DNA from: an uncultured Alphaproteobacteria bacterium
Lineage (GTDB): Bacteria > Pseudomonadota > Alphaproteobacteria > RF32 > CAG-239
NCBI GenBank assembly: GCA_944392235.1
Contig: CALXVZ010000002.1
Span: 73,288-137,287, forward strand
Reading direction: 5' to 3'
DNA: 64,000 nt
Shown here: one piece after another, positions 1-10,953 of the stretch
Layout: each line of letters begins with the position of its first letter
Position numbering within the stretch: position 1 is the first letter of the stretch
Made by a program: the position numbers and the translations under genes
Notes under the pieces: generated by a model
Told to the model about the DNA's origin: nothing
The model's database searches: none
Seen by the model: only the letters and a program-made list of their open reading frames with translations

Positions 1-2
1 AA

Positions 3-268
3 TACAATCACAGCTTAAACTGGATTGTATGCCAAAATAACTTATACCCCACAACTAGACTTGAAAGTTATGAAGAATTAAGTAAAAAATCAAAACTATA
101 TGGTTTCAGAACGCCACCACCATTAAATTTTAGATTTGCATATCAAAATATCACATCAGGAATTTCTGCACAAGACAGAACCGAACCCTCATTAGAAAAA
201 ACACTAACATATGAAGACATTTGCGCCAAAAGAGAAATAACAAAACTTGCAGAATTTATTTTTAATTG
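3..268 (+). CDS. 3' end of an upstream gene truncated by the window edge (unknown product)
   Basis: Frame 3 is open from the window start to TGA at 266-268 (88 codons) and has no start codon in the window. No recognisable motif. Confidence 0.3.
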
Positions 269-346
269 ATAAATAACCTTTACAAGAAATACAAATAGCA
301 TTAAGGTGCATTAGAGTTTTTAACATTTAAGCTAAAAGGAAAACAA

Positions 347-1966
347 ATGATAGAAACAGTAACAACCACCCCGTATACCGATCAAAAAATGGGAACAGCT
401 GGACTAAGAAAAAAGACAGCAATCGCAATGCAACCACATTACATTGAAAACTTTTTACAAAGTATATTCAACACCATACCTTCATTGGAAACAAAATCTT
501 TTTTAGTTGGAGGGGACGGACGTTACTTTAATAATATCGCTATACAAAAAATTATCAAAATTGCCGCAGCAAATAAGGTAAAGAAATTATACATTGCTCA
601 AAATGGATTAGTATCAACTCCAGCAGGCTCTTGTATTATATTAAAAAACAAACTAGACGGGGGTTTAATTTTAACAGCCTCTCATAACCCTGGCGGAAAG
701 AACGGAGATTTTGGCTTAAAATACTCCACCTCCACAGGCGGACAATGCCAACCGCATGAAAGCCAAGCAATTTTAGAGCAAACACTAAAAATAACAGAAT
801 ATAAAATATCAAATGCAACCGATTTTGACTTATCTCAAATAGGCATTTTCCACTGTGAAGAAACTGAAATTGAAATTATTGACCCCTACACAGACTACAT
901 CGAGACAATGAGAAACATTTTCGATTTCAATAAACTTCATGCATTATTAACATCAAATTTCAGATTTGTATTTGATGCCATGAATGGTGTAACCGGACCA
1001 TATGGCAAAAAGATTTTTGAAGAAATACTAGGAGCACCTGAAGGAAGTGTCTTAAATGCAACACCTAAAGAAGATTTTGGAGGTTTGCATCCTGATCCTA
1101 ATTTAATTTACGCAAAAAGCCTTGTTGACTTAATGTATTCGGATAATGCTCCTGATTTCGCAGCCGCCAATGATGGTGATGGCGATAGAAACATGATATT
1201 AGGTTCACATTTTTTTGTTTCACCCAGTGATAGTTTTGCCATTTTAACAGATAATTACAAAATCATCCCTGCATATAAAGATGGAATTTATGGAGTAGCA
1301 AAATCCGCTGCAACATCTATGGCAGTAAAAAGAGTTGCAGACAAGCTGAAAATTGGTTTTTATGAAGTTCCGACCGGATGGAAATACTTCATAAATTTAA
1401 TGGATTCTAAAAGAATTACATTTTGCGGAGAAGAAAGTTTTGGAACAGGAGCCACACACATACGAGAAAAAGATGGAATTTGGGCTATTCTATTCTGGTT
1501 AAGCATCATAGCCACTACCAACAAGAGCGTAAAACAAATAGCTCTTGATCATTGGCAAAAATACGGAAGAAGTTACTATCTAAGAAATGACTATGAAGGC
1601 ATAGCACAAGAAATTGCCGATAAATTAATGTCTGACCTAGAAAACAGATTACCGGAATTAACAAACAAACGATTTGGTAATTTCACCGTTTCGTCAGCTC
1701 ACCCATTCATCTACAACGATCCCGTTGATAACAGTTCAACAAAAAATGGCTTAATTGTCCACTTCACAGATGGATCAAGAATTGTCTATAGATTATCTGG
1801 CACAGGAACAAATGGAGCAACATTAAGAGTTTATATAGAAAGATACGTTACAGACAAGCTATTAGAAGAATCAAATGAAATCTTACAAGAATTAAGTAAA
1901 GTATCACAAGAAATTTCCCATGTTTGCACACTAACAGGTAAACAACAACCTGATATCATCACATAA
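347..1966 (+). CDS. pgm: phosphoglucomutase (alpha-D-phosphohexomutase family)
   Basis: 539 aa. Active-site serine loop TASHNPGGKNGDFG and metal-binding DGDGDR motif. Length matches Pgm. Confidence 0.9.
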   Translation: MIETVTTTPYTDQKMGTAGLRKKTAIAMQPHYIENFLQSIFNTIPSLETKSFLVGGDGRYFNNIAIQKIIKIAAANKVKKLYIAQNGLVSTPAGSCIILKNKLDGGLILTASHNPGGKNGDFGLKYSTSTGGQCQPHESQAILEQTLKITEYKISNATDFDLSQIGIFHCEETEIEIIDPYTDYIETMRNIFDFNKLHALLTSNFRFVFDAMNGVTGPYGKKIFEEILGAPEGSVLNATPKEDFGGLHPDPNLIYAKSLVDLMYSDNAPDFAAANDGDGDRNMILGSHFFVSPSDSFAILTDNYKIIPAYKDGIYGVAKSAATSMAVKRVADKLKIGFYEVPTGWKYFINLMDSKRITFCGEESFGTGATHIREKDGIWAILFWLSIIATTNKSVKQIALDHWQKYGRSYYLRNDYEGIAQEIADKLMSDLENRLPELTNKRFGNFTVSSAHPFIYNDPVDNSSTKNGLIVHFTDGSRIVYRLSGTGTNGATLRVYIERYVTDKLLEESNEILQELSKVSQEISHVCTLTGKQQPDIIT

Positions 1967-1991
1967 AAATTCCTGTCACAACTAGGAGCCA

Positions 1992-4646
1992 TTGATGTTC
2001 AGAAATAAAGATATACGACCGGATAAAATTTTAGAAGAGCGTCTCTTACTACTTGTATTTATGCTAACAGCCACAATAGTAAGTATAGGTTTTCTATTTG
2101 CTTATCCGGCATATCTTCGCCCAGTAATTTTACTAGTATTTTTATTTATTATCCTAAGCATATATATAACCATAACAATACTCCAATCTGGAGAAAGTGC
2201 CATTTTATATGGAGGATTAGCAAATGAGATATTAAAAAATCGCAAAACATGCTACATCATACTAAATTCAGAAGGTAAAACAATTCTGCAAAACCAAATT
2301 GCAAAAGATTTTTTAAAAGAAACCCCTATACTAAAATTTTTAGAAGATAATCTAGTTAAAACAGAAACAAACCAACAAAAACTAAAACAAATTCAATTAT
2401 CAGCAACACATTTTAAAGAAGACACAGTAGAGATTGCCCTAAAATTTAACAACACAGCCATATTTTCCGGAGAAGAATGGTATAGAATAACTCTTCGTCC
2501 AATCAGTTTAAATCAAAAAGACATAAGCGAAATAGATAATTCAAGCAAATTCAATATTAAATACAACACATATCTACTATGGAGTTTAGAAAATATCACT
2601 TCTGAAAAAACAATAAACACCATTTTCCAAGAAGAGAGAAGATCTTTTTACAACTTCCTCAATTTTATGCCAATAGGTTTATATATCTTAAACAATAAAG
2701 GAAAAATTGAATACATAAACAAAACGCTAAGCTTAATTTTAAATACCCCGAAAGAAAACATTTTAGGTAAAGACATCACAGATTTTTTACCTATTACCTC
2801 CGAAAGTATTGAAAAAATAAACAACACCAGCACACAATACATAACCTATATAAAAAATGCGAATAAAGCTCCGCAAGAATATTTAGTAAAAGTCGACCAA
2901 TTTAAACAAGGCAATGAAGTCCAAACAAGAGGAGCCATTATAGGCAATATTCCTACAGATTCGAAACTAAAAATAGCCTATGATGAAGCAATTTCTGAAG
3001 CAAATAGCATATTCAACTTATCACCATTTGGTATGTTGCTCTTAGATACAGAACTTGTAATTAAAAGAGTCAATCAAAAATTTACAGAAATCTTAGGTAT
3101 CCCTTCTTCCTCTCAATTATTAGACAACTATCTAGCCAATTATTTAGATGAGGATAGTATAGGCAAAATTAGAAAACAATTAAATGTCTTTACATCAGAA
3201 ACAGACAAACTCCAGCCGGCCTATTTTGATTTAAATTTAAGAGATAGAAAGAAGAATAAAATACTACGTATATATATCTGCCCTCTATTTAATTCTCCTT
3301 TACAAACAAAAGAGAATATCAAAGGAATTGTTCTGTTTTGTTTAGATACAACTGAACAAAAAAATCTAGAAACCCAATTTGCACAAGCCCAAAAGATGCA
3401 AGCGATGGGACAACTAGCCGGAGGAATAGCTCACGATTTTAATAACTTGCTTACTGCGATGATTGGTTTTTGCGATTTATTATTACAAAAGCACAAAATC
3501 GGAGATTCATCATTTGCCGATATAATTCAAATAAAACAAAATGCAAATTGTGCCGCTGAATTAGTAAAACAACTATTGCAATTTTCAAGAAAACAACCCT
3601 TACAACCAGAACTAAGTGATATAACAGATATATTAACAAACTACACACCTTTATTGAAAAGAACCGTCGGAGAACAAGTTGACTTACACTTTAAGCACGG
3701 TGAAAATTTAGATTATATAAAAGTAGATAAAGTCCAATTTTTGCAAGTTGTATTAAATCTATGCGTAAATGCAAAAGACGCAATGAACAAAAAGGGAGCG
3801 CTGACAATCTCTACGCAAAAAGAAACATTACTTGAGCCATATCACTTTGGAGCTGAAACAATCGAAAGTGGAAGCTTTATCAGAATGGATGTAACAGATA
3901 CAGGATGTGGTATTCCACTAGAAAATCTATCCAGAATATTTGAGCCATTTTTCTCAACTAAACAAAATGTTGTCGGTTCAGGGACTGGATTAGGTTTAGC
4001 TACTGTATACGGAATTGTACGCCAAATGGAAGGCTTTATAAAAGTAAAGAGTACCATAAATGTCGGCACAACTTTTTCAATATATTTACCAGCCTACCCA
4101 ATAGAAACATCTGCCAAAAAAGCAGAAGAAACATCCATGCGTAAGATATTAAATGACAAGAGAGGCAGAGCAATTTTAACACCAGCAGAAGTGCAAACAA
4201 CTAATAAAGACAAAGAAAAAATTATTTTAGGACTAAACTTATCTGCAATTGAAGACCCAGAACAAAAACCCGAAGAGATAGAAAATACAAGAATACTCTT
4301 TGTCGATGATGAGAATTCTGTTCGCACATTTGCCCTACGAGCTCTTCGTAAAAAAGGATATGATGTTATAGGATGCAATTCTGCAGAAAACGCCTTAGAA
4401 ACACTAGAGAATGATAAAAACTTCCAATTGATGATTACAGATATGGTAATGCCTGGACAAAATGGAATTGAACTATCCAAACAAGTTTTAGAAATTTTAC
4501 CGGATATAAAAATCATATTAGCATCAGGATACTCTGAAGACATTTTAAAAGGTGAATTTAATGATATAGATAATTTATCATTTATACCTAAGCCATTCAG
4601 TTTAAGTGATTTAACGCAAAAAGTTTATGAGGTTATGAAGTCATAA
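1992..4646 (+). CDS. cckA: hybrid sensor histidine kinase/response regulator, CckA-like
   Basis: 884 aa. N-terminal TM helices, PAS-like regions, H-box GGIAHDFNNLLTAMIGF, HATPase G-box GTGLGLATVYGIVRQ and a C-terminal receiver (VDDE...ITDMVMPGQNG). The H-box matches alphaproteobacterial CckA; the symbol is tentative. Confidence 0.7.
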   Translation: MMFRNKDIRPDKILEERLLLLVFMLTATIVSIGFLFAYPAYLRPVILLVFLFIILSIYITITILQSGESAILYGGLANEILKNRKTCYIILNSEGKTILQNQIAKDFLKETPILKFLEDNLVKTETNQQKLKQIQLSATHFKEDTVEIALKFNNTAIFSGEEWYRITLRPISLNQKDISEIDNSSKFNIKYNTYLLWSLENITSEKTINTIFQEERRSFYNFLNFMPIGLYILNNKGKIEYINKTLSLILNTPKENILGKDITDFLPITSESIEKINNTSTQYITYIKNANKAPQEYLVKVDQFKQGNEVQTRGAIIGNIPTDSKLKIAYDEAISEANSIFNLSPFGMLLLDTELVIKRVNQKFTEILGIPSSSQLLDNYLANYLDEDSIGKIRKQLNVFTSETDKLQPAYFDLNLRDRKKNKILRIYICPLFNSPLQTKENIKGIVLFCLDTTEQKNLETQFAQAQKMQAMGQLAGGIAHDFNNLLTAMIGFCDLLLQKHKIGDSSFADIIQIKQNANCAAELVKQLLQFSRKQPLQPELSDITDILTNYTPLLKRTVGEQVDLHFKHGENLDYIKVDKVQFLQVVLNLCVNAKDAMNKKGALTISTQKETLLEPYHFGAETIESGSFIRMDVTDTGCGIPLENLSRIFEPFFSTKQNVVGSGTGLGLATVYGIVRQMEGFIKVKSTINVGTTFSIYLPAYPIETSAKKAEETSMRKILNDKRGRAILTPAEVQTTNKDKEKIILGLNLSAIEDPEQKPEEIENTRILFVDDENSVRTFALRALRKKGYDVIGCNSAENALETLENDKNFQLMITDMVMPGQNGIELSKQVLEILPDIKIILASGYSEDILKGEFNDIDNLSFIPKPFSLSDLTQKVYEVMKS

Positions 4647-5383
4647 TGGATAATCGTTATAATGACAAAACCGGACAATATAAAATAAAATTTAGTCCTC
4701 GCAATGACTTAAGCGAAGAAGATTTCATGGTAACTTCGTGCAATGAAAATGCCTATAAAGCCATTAAGATGTGGCCCTACTGGCAACACTTTGCATTAAG
4801 CATTTACGGTCCTGAAAGTTGCGGAAAATCCCATCTTGCTCACATGTGGACAGACAGAATTCAACAATCACTTCCCCGTCCAATACAAATACCAATCATT
4901 GATGCACACAGTTTGAACATGAAAAATGTCAACAAAATCGCTAATGAACACAATTATTTGGTTATTGAAGATATGGACGCAAATATAAATGAAGAAGCTT
5001 TCTTCCATTTATACAATTTCTATAATGGTCCTGAACGATATATACTATTTACATCAGAAGTACCACTGTCAAAAATTCCACTAAAACTACCGGATTTACG
5101 ATCAAGATTAAACATTATTCCAAATATAGAAATAGAACAACCGAATGATGAAATGCTAACGGCTTTAATCGCAAAACTATTTAACGATCGCCAAATAATC
5201 ATCACACAAGAAATGCTTGATTACATATTAAAACATACAGAACGCTCATTTTCTTTTGTAACCAAATTAGTAGAAGAGATAGATGACATATCGTGGACAT
5301 ATGGAAGAGCTGTATCAATTCCTATAATCAAAGAAGCATTAAACAATTTAACAAAGAACCAACAATTGGAATTATTTATATGA
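4646..5383 (+). CDS. hdaA: DnaA-homolog regulatory protein (Hda/HdaA-like AAA+)
   Basis: 245 aa. Walker A-like YGPESCGKSHLAHMW and Hda-like size. The stop overlaps the truB start (ATGA). Confidence 0.55.
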   Translation: MDNRYNDKTGQYKIKFSPRNDLSEEDFMVTSCNENAYKAIKMWPYWQHFALSIYGPESCGKSHLAHMWTDRIQQSLPRPIQIPIIDAHSLNMKNVNKIANEHNYLVIEDMDANINEEAFFHLYNFYNGPERYILFTSEVPLSKIPLKLPDLRSRLNIIPNIEIEQPNDEMLTALIAKLFNDRQIIITQEMLDYILKHTERSFSFVTKLVEEIDDISWTYGRAVSIPIIKEALNNLTKNQQLELFI

Positions 5384-6282
5384 GTAGTCACTACACTGAA
5401 AACATCAATGGTTGGATTATCTTAGATAAGCCTCAAGGAGTAAGTTCCAATCAAATTTTGCGAAAAATCCAATACGAATTACAAGCCAAGAAAGCCGGAC
5501 ACATAGGCACATTAGATCCATTTGCAACAGGAGTATTACCCCTAGCCTTTGGAGAAGCCACAAAGCTAATACCATTTTTAGAAGAAGGAAATAAGACTTA
5601 TGAATTTACACTAAAATTAGGTATTGCAACAACAACTGATGATACGGAAGGAGAGATTATAAAAACTTCCGATCAAATCCCAACAAAAGAAGAAATAGAA
5701 GAAATACTCCCTAAATTTAGAGGAATGATAAAACAAATTCCACCCAAATATTCCGCCATACACATTAATGGGCAAAGGGCTTATGAATTAGCAAGAAAAG
5801 GAGAAGACTTTGAAATTCCGACAAGAGAAATTCATGTATATCAACTAATTCTGAAATCATACAGAGCAGAAAAGCATGAAGCAGATTTTCGTGTAACTTG
5901 CAGCAAAGGAACATATGTTAGAACGCTAGGCCACGATATAGCGGAATCTCTAAATAGTTGCGGACATCTAACCTCATTGCGACGCACACAAAATGGAATT
6001 TTCAAAATAGAGAATACGATTTTACTGGAAAATTTAAAAAATATATTGTATAAGGGGCAAGGAGTTTCAGCAATTCTTCCCGTTGAAACATTTCTGTGCG
6101 ACATCACGGATATCGCTTTAACAGAAGAAGAAGCTCAAAAGCTTAAGAATGGTCAAAGTCTTTCAGATCAACGGTTTAAGCCGTTTACTGGCAGAGCTGC
6201 CGCCATATACAACAATAAGCTTATAGCCCTAGTTGAAAGAAAGGATAACACCTTAATTCCGATTCGGGTATTTAATCTATAA
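5380..6282 (+). CDS. truB: tRNA pseudouridine(55) synthase
   Basis: Catalytic Asp motif GHIGTLDPFATGVLPLAFGEATK. The ORF track begins at 5293, but ATG 5380 (MSSHYTENINGWIILDKP) fits TruB N-termini and overlaps the hdaA stop. Confidence 0.9.
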   Translation: MSSHYTENINGWIILDKPQGVSSNQILRKIQYELQAKKAGHIGTLDPFATGVLPLAFGEATKLIPFLEEGNKTYEFTLKLGIATTTDDTEGEIIKTSDQIPTKEEIEEILPKFRGMIKQIPPKYSAIHINGQRAYELARKGEDFEIPTREIHVYQLILKSYRAEKHEADFRVTCSKGTYVRTLGHDIAESLNSCGHLTSLRRTQNGIFKIENTILLENLKNILYKGQGVSAILPVETFLCDITDIALTEEEAQKLKNGQSLSDQRFKPFTGRAAAIYNNKLIALVERKDNTLIPIRVFNL

Positions 6283-6313
6283 ACGTATAAAAAATTAGAA
6301 AAAGGAAAAAAAG

Positions 6314-6583
6314 ATGTCGATTACAAATGAAAAGAAACAAGAAATTATTGCACAATACGGAACAAAACCGGGCGATACAGGTTCTCCTGAAGTTCAAATT
6401 GCAATCTGGACACACAGAATTAATGCATTAATTGAACACTTCAACACTCATCAAAAAGACCTACACTCACGTTTAGGTTTGATGAAAATGGTAAGTCGCC
6501 GTCGTCACTTGCTTGATCACTTAAAGAAGACAAGTGAAGAAAGATATCAAACATTGATTAAGAAATTAGATTTACGTAAGTAA
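6314..6583 (+). CDS. rpsO: 30S ribosomal protein S15
   Basis: 89 aa with typical S15 sequence ([11 protein letters not shown]...[11 protein letters not shown]). Conserved rpsO-pnp linkage. Confidence 0.95.
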   Translation: MSITNEKKQEIIAQYGTKPGDTGSPEVQIAIWTHRINALIEHFNTHQKDLHSRLGLMKMVSRRRHLLDHLKKTSEERYQTLIKKLDLRK

Positions 6584-6595
6584 TGTTTGAAACAA

Positions 6596-6626
6596 ATAGC
6601 GGGGCAATGGGGCTCCGCTATTTGCA
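6596..6626 (+). promoter_or_regulatory. GC-rich hairpin in the rpsO-pnp intergenic region (terminator/processing-site candidate)
   Basis: aatAGCGGggcaatggggctCCGCTatt stem-loop, unusually GC-rich for this genome. In E. coli this position holds the rpsO terminator and the RNase III site of the pnp leader. Confidence 0.4.
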
Positions 6627-6677
6627 AAATCCTAGTATTACACTAGGTGAGGTATTTTAGAAGGAAAGGTAAAAAAT

Positions 6678-8792
6678 ATGGTCAATTGGAATGTGTGCCG
6701 CAAAGAAATAGAATGGGGCGGACGCAAATTAGTATTAGAAACAGGCAAAGTAGCAAAACAAGCAACCGGAGCAGTATGGGCGAGTTATGGAGATACAGTT
6801 GTTGTCGCAACGGTTGTTGCCGCCAAAGAAGTCAAAGCAGATCAAGATTTTTTCCCTTTAACTGTTAACTATCAGGAAAAATATTATGCAACCGGAAAAA
6901 TCCCTGGTGGCTTTATGAAACGTGAAGGTAAACCATCTGAGCATGAAGTATTAGTATCACGTTTAATAGATAGACCAATTCGTCCGTTATTCCCTGATGC
7001 ATTTAAGAATGAAGTCCAAATCATCTGCACAACAATCGCACACGATAAAAAGACCGATTCAGATATATTAGCAATGGTAGCCGCATCAGCAGCATTAGCT
7101 GTTTCCGGCATTCCATTTTTAGGCCCGATTGGAGCAGCAAAAGTTGGCTACATCAATGGCGAATACGTATTAAACCCAACAGTTGAAGAATTGAAAAAAT
7201 CAGAATTGGAATTAACCGTTGCCGGAACAGAAGAAGGCGTTTTGATGGTTGAATCTGAAGCAAACGAACTTTCAGAAGAAACCATGTTAAACGCAGTTAT
7301 GTTTGGTTTTGATAATTTCCAACCAATCATCAAACTTATCAACGAACTAAAGGCTGAAGCAGGCAAAGAAGCATGGGAAGCACCTGTATTTCCAGCTGAA
7401 TTTGACACTTTATACGAAAGAATTGAAAAAGAATTTCGTAGCAAATACGAAGAAGCTTTCAATGAAGTTGACAAGCAAAAACGTGCAACACGCTTAGGAG
7501 AATTGAGTGCCGAAGTAAATGCGACAATTGATCCAGAAAATGAATTGGAAGTTCGTTACTCCTTAGATGCAATTGAAAAATTAATGCACTCGGTAATGAG
7601 AGAAAAAGTATTAACAACAGGAAGACGTATTGATGGACGTGACACAAAGACTGTTCGTCCAATCACATGCGAAGTAGATGTATTACCAACCACTCACGGG
7701 TCAGCAATATTTACCCGTGGTGAAACTCAAGCACTTGTTGTTACAACTTTAGGAACTGCCGAAGATGCACAAATCATCGATGGTTTAATGGATGAAGAAC
7801 GCCAAGAATTTATGTTAAACTACAATTTCCCACCATTTTCTGTTGGCGAATGCGGTAGATTAGGTTCTCCAGGAAGACGCGAAATCGGACATGGAAAATT
7901 GGCTTGGCGTGCAATTCATCCAATGATGCCAAAAGATAAGAGCGTATTCCCCTATACGGTAAGAGTTGTATCAGATATTATGGAATCAAATGGTTCATCA
8001 TCAATGGCAACTGTATGTGGTTCTGTATTATCATTAATGGATGCCGGAGTTCCTTTGAAAAAGCCTGTTGCAGGTATCGCTATGGGTTTAATCAAAGAAG
8101 ATGATGGCAGAGTAGCAATTTTAACCGATATTTTGGGCGATGAAGATCACCTTGGAGATATGGACTTTAAGGTAGCCGGAACAAAAGATGGCGTAACTGC
8201 TTTACAAATGGATATTAAAATCACATCCATTACCAAAGAGATAATGAAAAATGCTTTAGCTCAAGCTCATGAAGGAAGAATTCACATTTTAGGTGAAATG
8301 GCAAAAGCGTTACCAGCACCAAGAGAAGAAATTTCTCCACGTGCTCCACGCATTATTTCTATCAAAATTCCGGTAGATAAAATCCGTGAAGTTATCGGTA
8401 CAGGAGGTAAAGTTATTCGTGAAATCATCGAAAAGACCAATACCAAAATTGATATTGACGATGATGGAACTGTAAATGTAGCTGCTGTTGACAAACAAGA
8501 TGCAGACGCTGCTATTGATATCATTAATGGCATCGTTGCTGTTCCAGAAGAAGGAAAGAACTACCATGGTGTTATAACCAAAATCATGGATTTCGGAGCT
8601 TTCGTTCGTTTCTTAGGAACAACTGAAGGTCTAGTTCACATTTCAGAAGTAAAAAATGAACGAATTGCTTCTGTTAATGATTTCTACAAAGAAGGCGATA
8701 AAATCTGGGTTAAATGCTTAGGCACAGATAATCGCGGTAAAATTAAGCTCTCTGCCAAAAGAGTTAACCAAGAAACTGGTGAAGACGCTTAA
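6678..8792 (+). CDS. pnp: polynucleotide phosphorylase
   Basis: 704 aa. Two RNase PH domains, then KH ([15 protein letters not shown]) and S1 ([15 protein letters not shown]) domains. Confidence 0.95.
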   Translation: MVNWNVCRKEIEWGGRKLVLETGKVAKQATGAVWASYGDTVVVATVVAAKEVKADQDFFPLTVNYQEKYYATGKIPGGFMKREGKPSEHEVLVSRLIDRPIRPLFPDAFKNEVQIICTTIAHDKKTDSDILAMVAASAALAVSGIPFLGPIGAAKVGYINGEYVLNPTVEELKKSELELTVAGTEEGVLMVESEANELSEETMLNAVMFGFDNFQPIIKLINELKAEAGKEAWEAPVFPAEFDTLYERIEKEFRSKYEEAFNEVDKQKRATRLGELSAEVNATIDPENELEVRYSLDAIEKLMHSVMREKVLTTGRRIDGRDTKTVRPITCEVDVLPTTHGSAIFTRGETQALVVTTLGTAEDAQIIDGLMDEERQEFMLNYNFPPFSVGECGRLGSPGRREIGHGKLAWRAIHPMMPKDKSVFPYTVRVVSDIMESNGSSSMATVCGSVLSLMDAGVPLKKPVAGIAMGLIKEDDGRVAILTDILGDEDHLGDMDFKVAGTKDGVTALQMDIKITSITKEIMKNALAQAHEGRIHILGEMAKALPAPREEISPRAPRIISIKIPVDKIREVIGTGGKVIREIIEKTNTKIDIDDDGTVNVAAVDKQDADAAIDIINGIVAVPEEGKNYHGVITKIMDFGAFVRFLGTTEGLVHISEVKNERIASVNDFYKEGDKIWVKCLGTDNRGKIKLSAKRVNQETGEDA

Positions 8793-8814
8793 TTTAAATA
8801 CAGTGTTCCAAAAC

Positions 8815-8843
8815 AAAGGCATCTGTAGAACAGATGCCTTTTT
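8815..8843 (+). terminator. rho-independent terminator after pnp
   Basis: aaaGGCATCTGtagaaCAGATGCCttttt hairpin followed by a T-run. Confidence 0.6.
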
Positions 8844-8886
8844 CATTATCTATAACAAATAATACTGACAATTTGCACTATTTAAA

Positions 8887-9546
8887 CTATCTTAAGTAAT
8901 GTTCATTTGCTTTCAAAAACTCACGCGCAATATCTTTACCTTCCGCAGTTCCTTCATACCAATAGAAATTATTATTTTCTTCCTTAAGTTCCAAAACAGC
9001 AGGCTTTGTCATTTGCTCATATTCAGCTAAACGTTCGGGTAAAACTTCATCATCTTTACGCTTAATTAAACGTCCACCGCAAGAGCATTTCCCATCGCTA
9101 ACTTCATGAGCCATTCCGCATTTTTCACAAATACGACGATTTTTTACTCTTTCTAAAATTAAATCAACAGGAGTATCTCTAAATATAACAGCACAATTAT
9201 ACTGAGTGACGAGTTTATCAAACTCTTTAACCTGAGCAACTGTTCGAGGATATCCATCTAAAATTAAAATTTTGGCTTTAAGACGTTCAAACAAATCACT
9301 CAACATTTCATTAACCATTGCGTCCGGAGCCAAACCTCCCTCTTTCATATTTGCAGCCAATTTTTTACCCAACTCCGATTGAGCTTTAATTTCTTGACGG
9401 ATCATCGCACCAACAGAAATAGAAACAATATCCCCTAAAGAAACACCATATCTTTGTGTTAAAACCTCAATTAAAGAAGAAGCAATATACCCTTTACCAG
9501 AAGCAGGAGCTCCAATCAAAGAGATAACAAATTTTTTATCCATCAT
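8887..9546 (-). CDS. adk: adenylate kinase (Zn-lid type)
   Basis: P-loop GAPASGKG, LDGYPRT motif and a Cys4 lid (CEKCG...CSCGG). Confidence 0.8.
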   Translation of the reverse strand: MMDKKFVISLIGAPASGKGYIASSLIEVLTQRYGVSLGDIVSISVGAMIRQEIKAQSELGKKLAANMKEGGLAPDAMVNEMLSDLFERLKAKILILDGYPRTVAQVKEFDKLVTQYNCAVIFRDTPVDLILERVKNRRICEKCGMAHEVSDGKCSCGGRLIKRKDDEVLPERLAEYEQMTKPAVLELKEENNNFYWYEGTAEGKDIAREFLKANEHYLR

Positions 9547-9639
9547 CTTTCCTCAAAATCTTTTATCGTTTAAAAACCATAAAAAAGCTCCAAACAAATA
9601 TTTGAAGCTTTTACAAAAATACAACATAATCCTTAAAAT

Positions 9640-10884
9640 TTATTTTATGTATTCATCTAAATCGTCAACATAAATCTCTTCAAATTTAGGCTCATATTCC
9701 TCACTATCAACCTCGAATGGTCTAATCTCCTGAGGCTCCTCAGGTTTCAATATAACTCTATCAGATTTCACAATTGTATCTGGAGTTATTTTTATCGGTT
9801 GCATAGGATTAATATATTGCTGTTCCTCTGTATTTCCAAAAGACTTATTATCAACACTTGGTTCATCTGGTTGAGCAACTTTTTTTTCTGTTTCATTTTC
9901 ATCATTCAAACCAGATGTTTTACTATCTTGTTTTTCACTCTGAACTTTTTCATTTTCAGAAGTTTTTTCTTCTTTTTTTAACTTATCATCAGAAGCTTCT
10001 TCTGGCAATTCTTTCACATCGGGTTTAACAACGCTCTTATCGCTATTTTGGGAAGCTTTTGAATCAACTTCATCAACTTTCATCATCAACTCTGGACTAA
10101 GAGGTTGCGCATCCTTAGGCAAGCGAATAAGCCCATAACCAGAACCACCACCCATAGCCGGACCAGAAAGTCCTATTGAATAATATCCTCCAATATAACC
10201 ATAATCTAAATCAATATAATCAATATCAAACATAACACGAATTGTTGTCGTTCCAACACTTGTTACATCACATTTAAAGCCATTACCATTCAAAACGATA
10301 TTATTATTACCTTTAACATACATCATTGCCTTATCAGGCTTACAAACAAAAGGTGTCTGTCCGTTATAGCTTAAATTATAACCCAAAATAAGATTAATAG
10401 CGGTCTTACCTTTTACTGCCGATGCATCAACAATTTTAACTCCATCAAAGAACATATAAGCAGGAGTAACGCCTATTTTAGCAGGCACTGTCAAATATGA
10501 ATTAATACAAACATGCGCCTGAGGATTAGCCTCACAAAGCAACGCAGTAGCATCTAAATTATTATCCACTAAATGAGCAAGTGAATTAAAAATATACTCT
10601 CTCGCCATAAACAACTCAGTTGGTGCACATTGTTTATCTCTACAAACGATAACAGAATTCAAAGGAGGAACTCTTTTATTAAACACACGTGCAGCCTCAT
10701 CTGGGTTCTGCATATACCCTTCAACTTGTCCTGAAGGAAGATTTTCATCATTAAAATCCACACCTTTATCATCAACTAACGGCACATACTCGTATTCGCC
10801 ATTATTCCACCAAGAATTCGGAGCCGAACAAGAAGCCAAAGCTCCAAAACTGACCAAGCAACACAGTTTCCAAAACATTTTCAT
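9640..10884 (-). CDS. lipoprotein with a long acidic/lysine-rich disordered C-terminal tail (unknown function)
   Basis: Signal peptide with lipobox (LASC) after MKMFWKLCCLVSFGA. C-terminal ~150 aa is low-complexity K/E/D/S-rich. The track start at 10899 is TTG; ATG at 10884 is preferred. Confidence 0.45.
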   Translation of the reverse strand: MKMFWKLCCLVSFGALASCSAPNSWWNNGEYEYVPLVDDKGVDFNDENLPSGQVEGYMQNPDEAARVFNKRVPPLNSVIVCRDKQCAPTELFMAREYIFNSLAHLVDNNLDATALLCEANPQAHVCINSYLTVPAKIGVTPAYMFFDGVKIVDASAVKGKTAINLILGYNLSYNGQTPFVCKPDKAMMYVKGNNNIVLNGNGFKCDVTSVGTTTIRVMFDIDYIDLDYGYIGGYYSIGLSGPAMGGGSGYGLIRLPKDAQPLSPELMMKVDEVDSKASQNSDKSVVKPDVKELPEEASDDKLKKEEKTSENEKVQSEKQDSKTSGLNDENETEKKVAQPDEPSVDNKSFGNTEEQQYINPMQPIKITPDTIVKSDRVILKPEEPQEIRPFEVDSEEYEPKFEEIYVDDLDEYIK

Positions 10885-10953
10885 GGACACGCTAACCAAC
10901 CTTTAAACAAATTTAAGTATATACTGGAGTAAAAATATAATGAAAGTCCTGCA

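Noticed and set aside
5293-5379. Extended N-terminus of truB proposed by the ORF track
   Set aside because: It overlaps hdaA by 90 nt. The ATG at 5380 gives a canonical TruB N-terminus and ATGA stop-start coupling.
6647-6868. 73-aa ORF overlapping the pnp 5' end in another frame
   Set aside because: Arg/Ser-rich frame overlapping a confidently identified gene. Spurious.
636-8567. Multiple 60-150 aa antisense ORFs inside pgm, cckA-like, truB and pnp. Similar ones lie inside gyrB, nrdD, typA and others.
   Set aside because: They are opposite long, well-supported genes. Low complexity, no RBS. Artefacts of AT-rich sequence.
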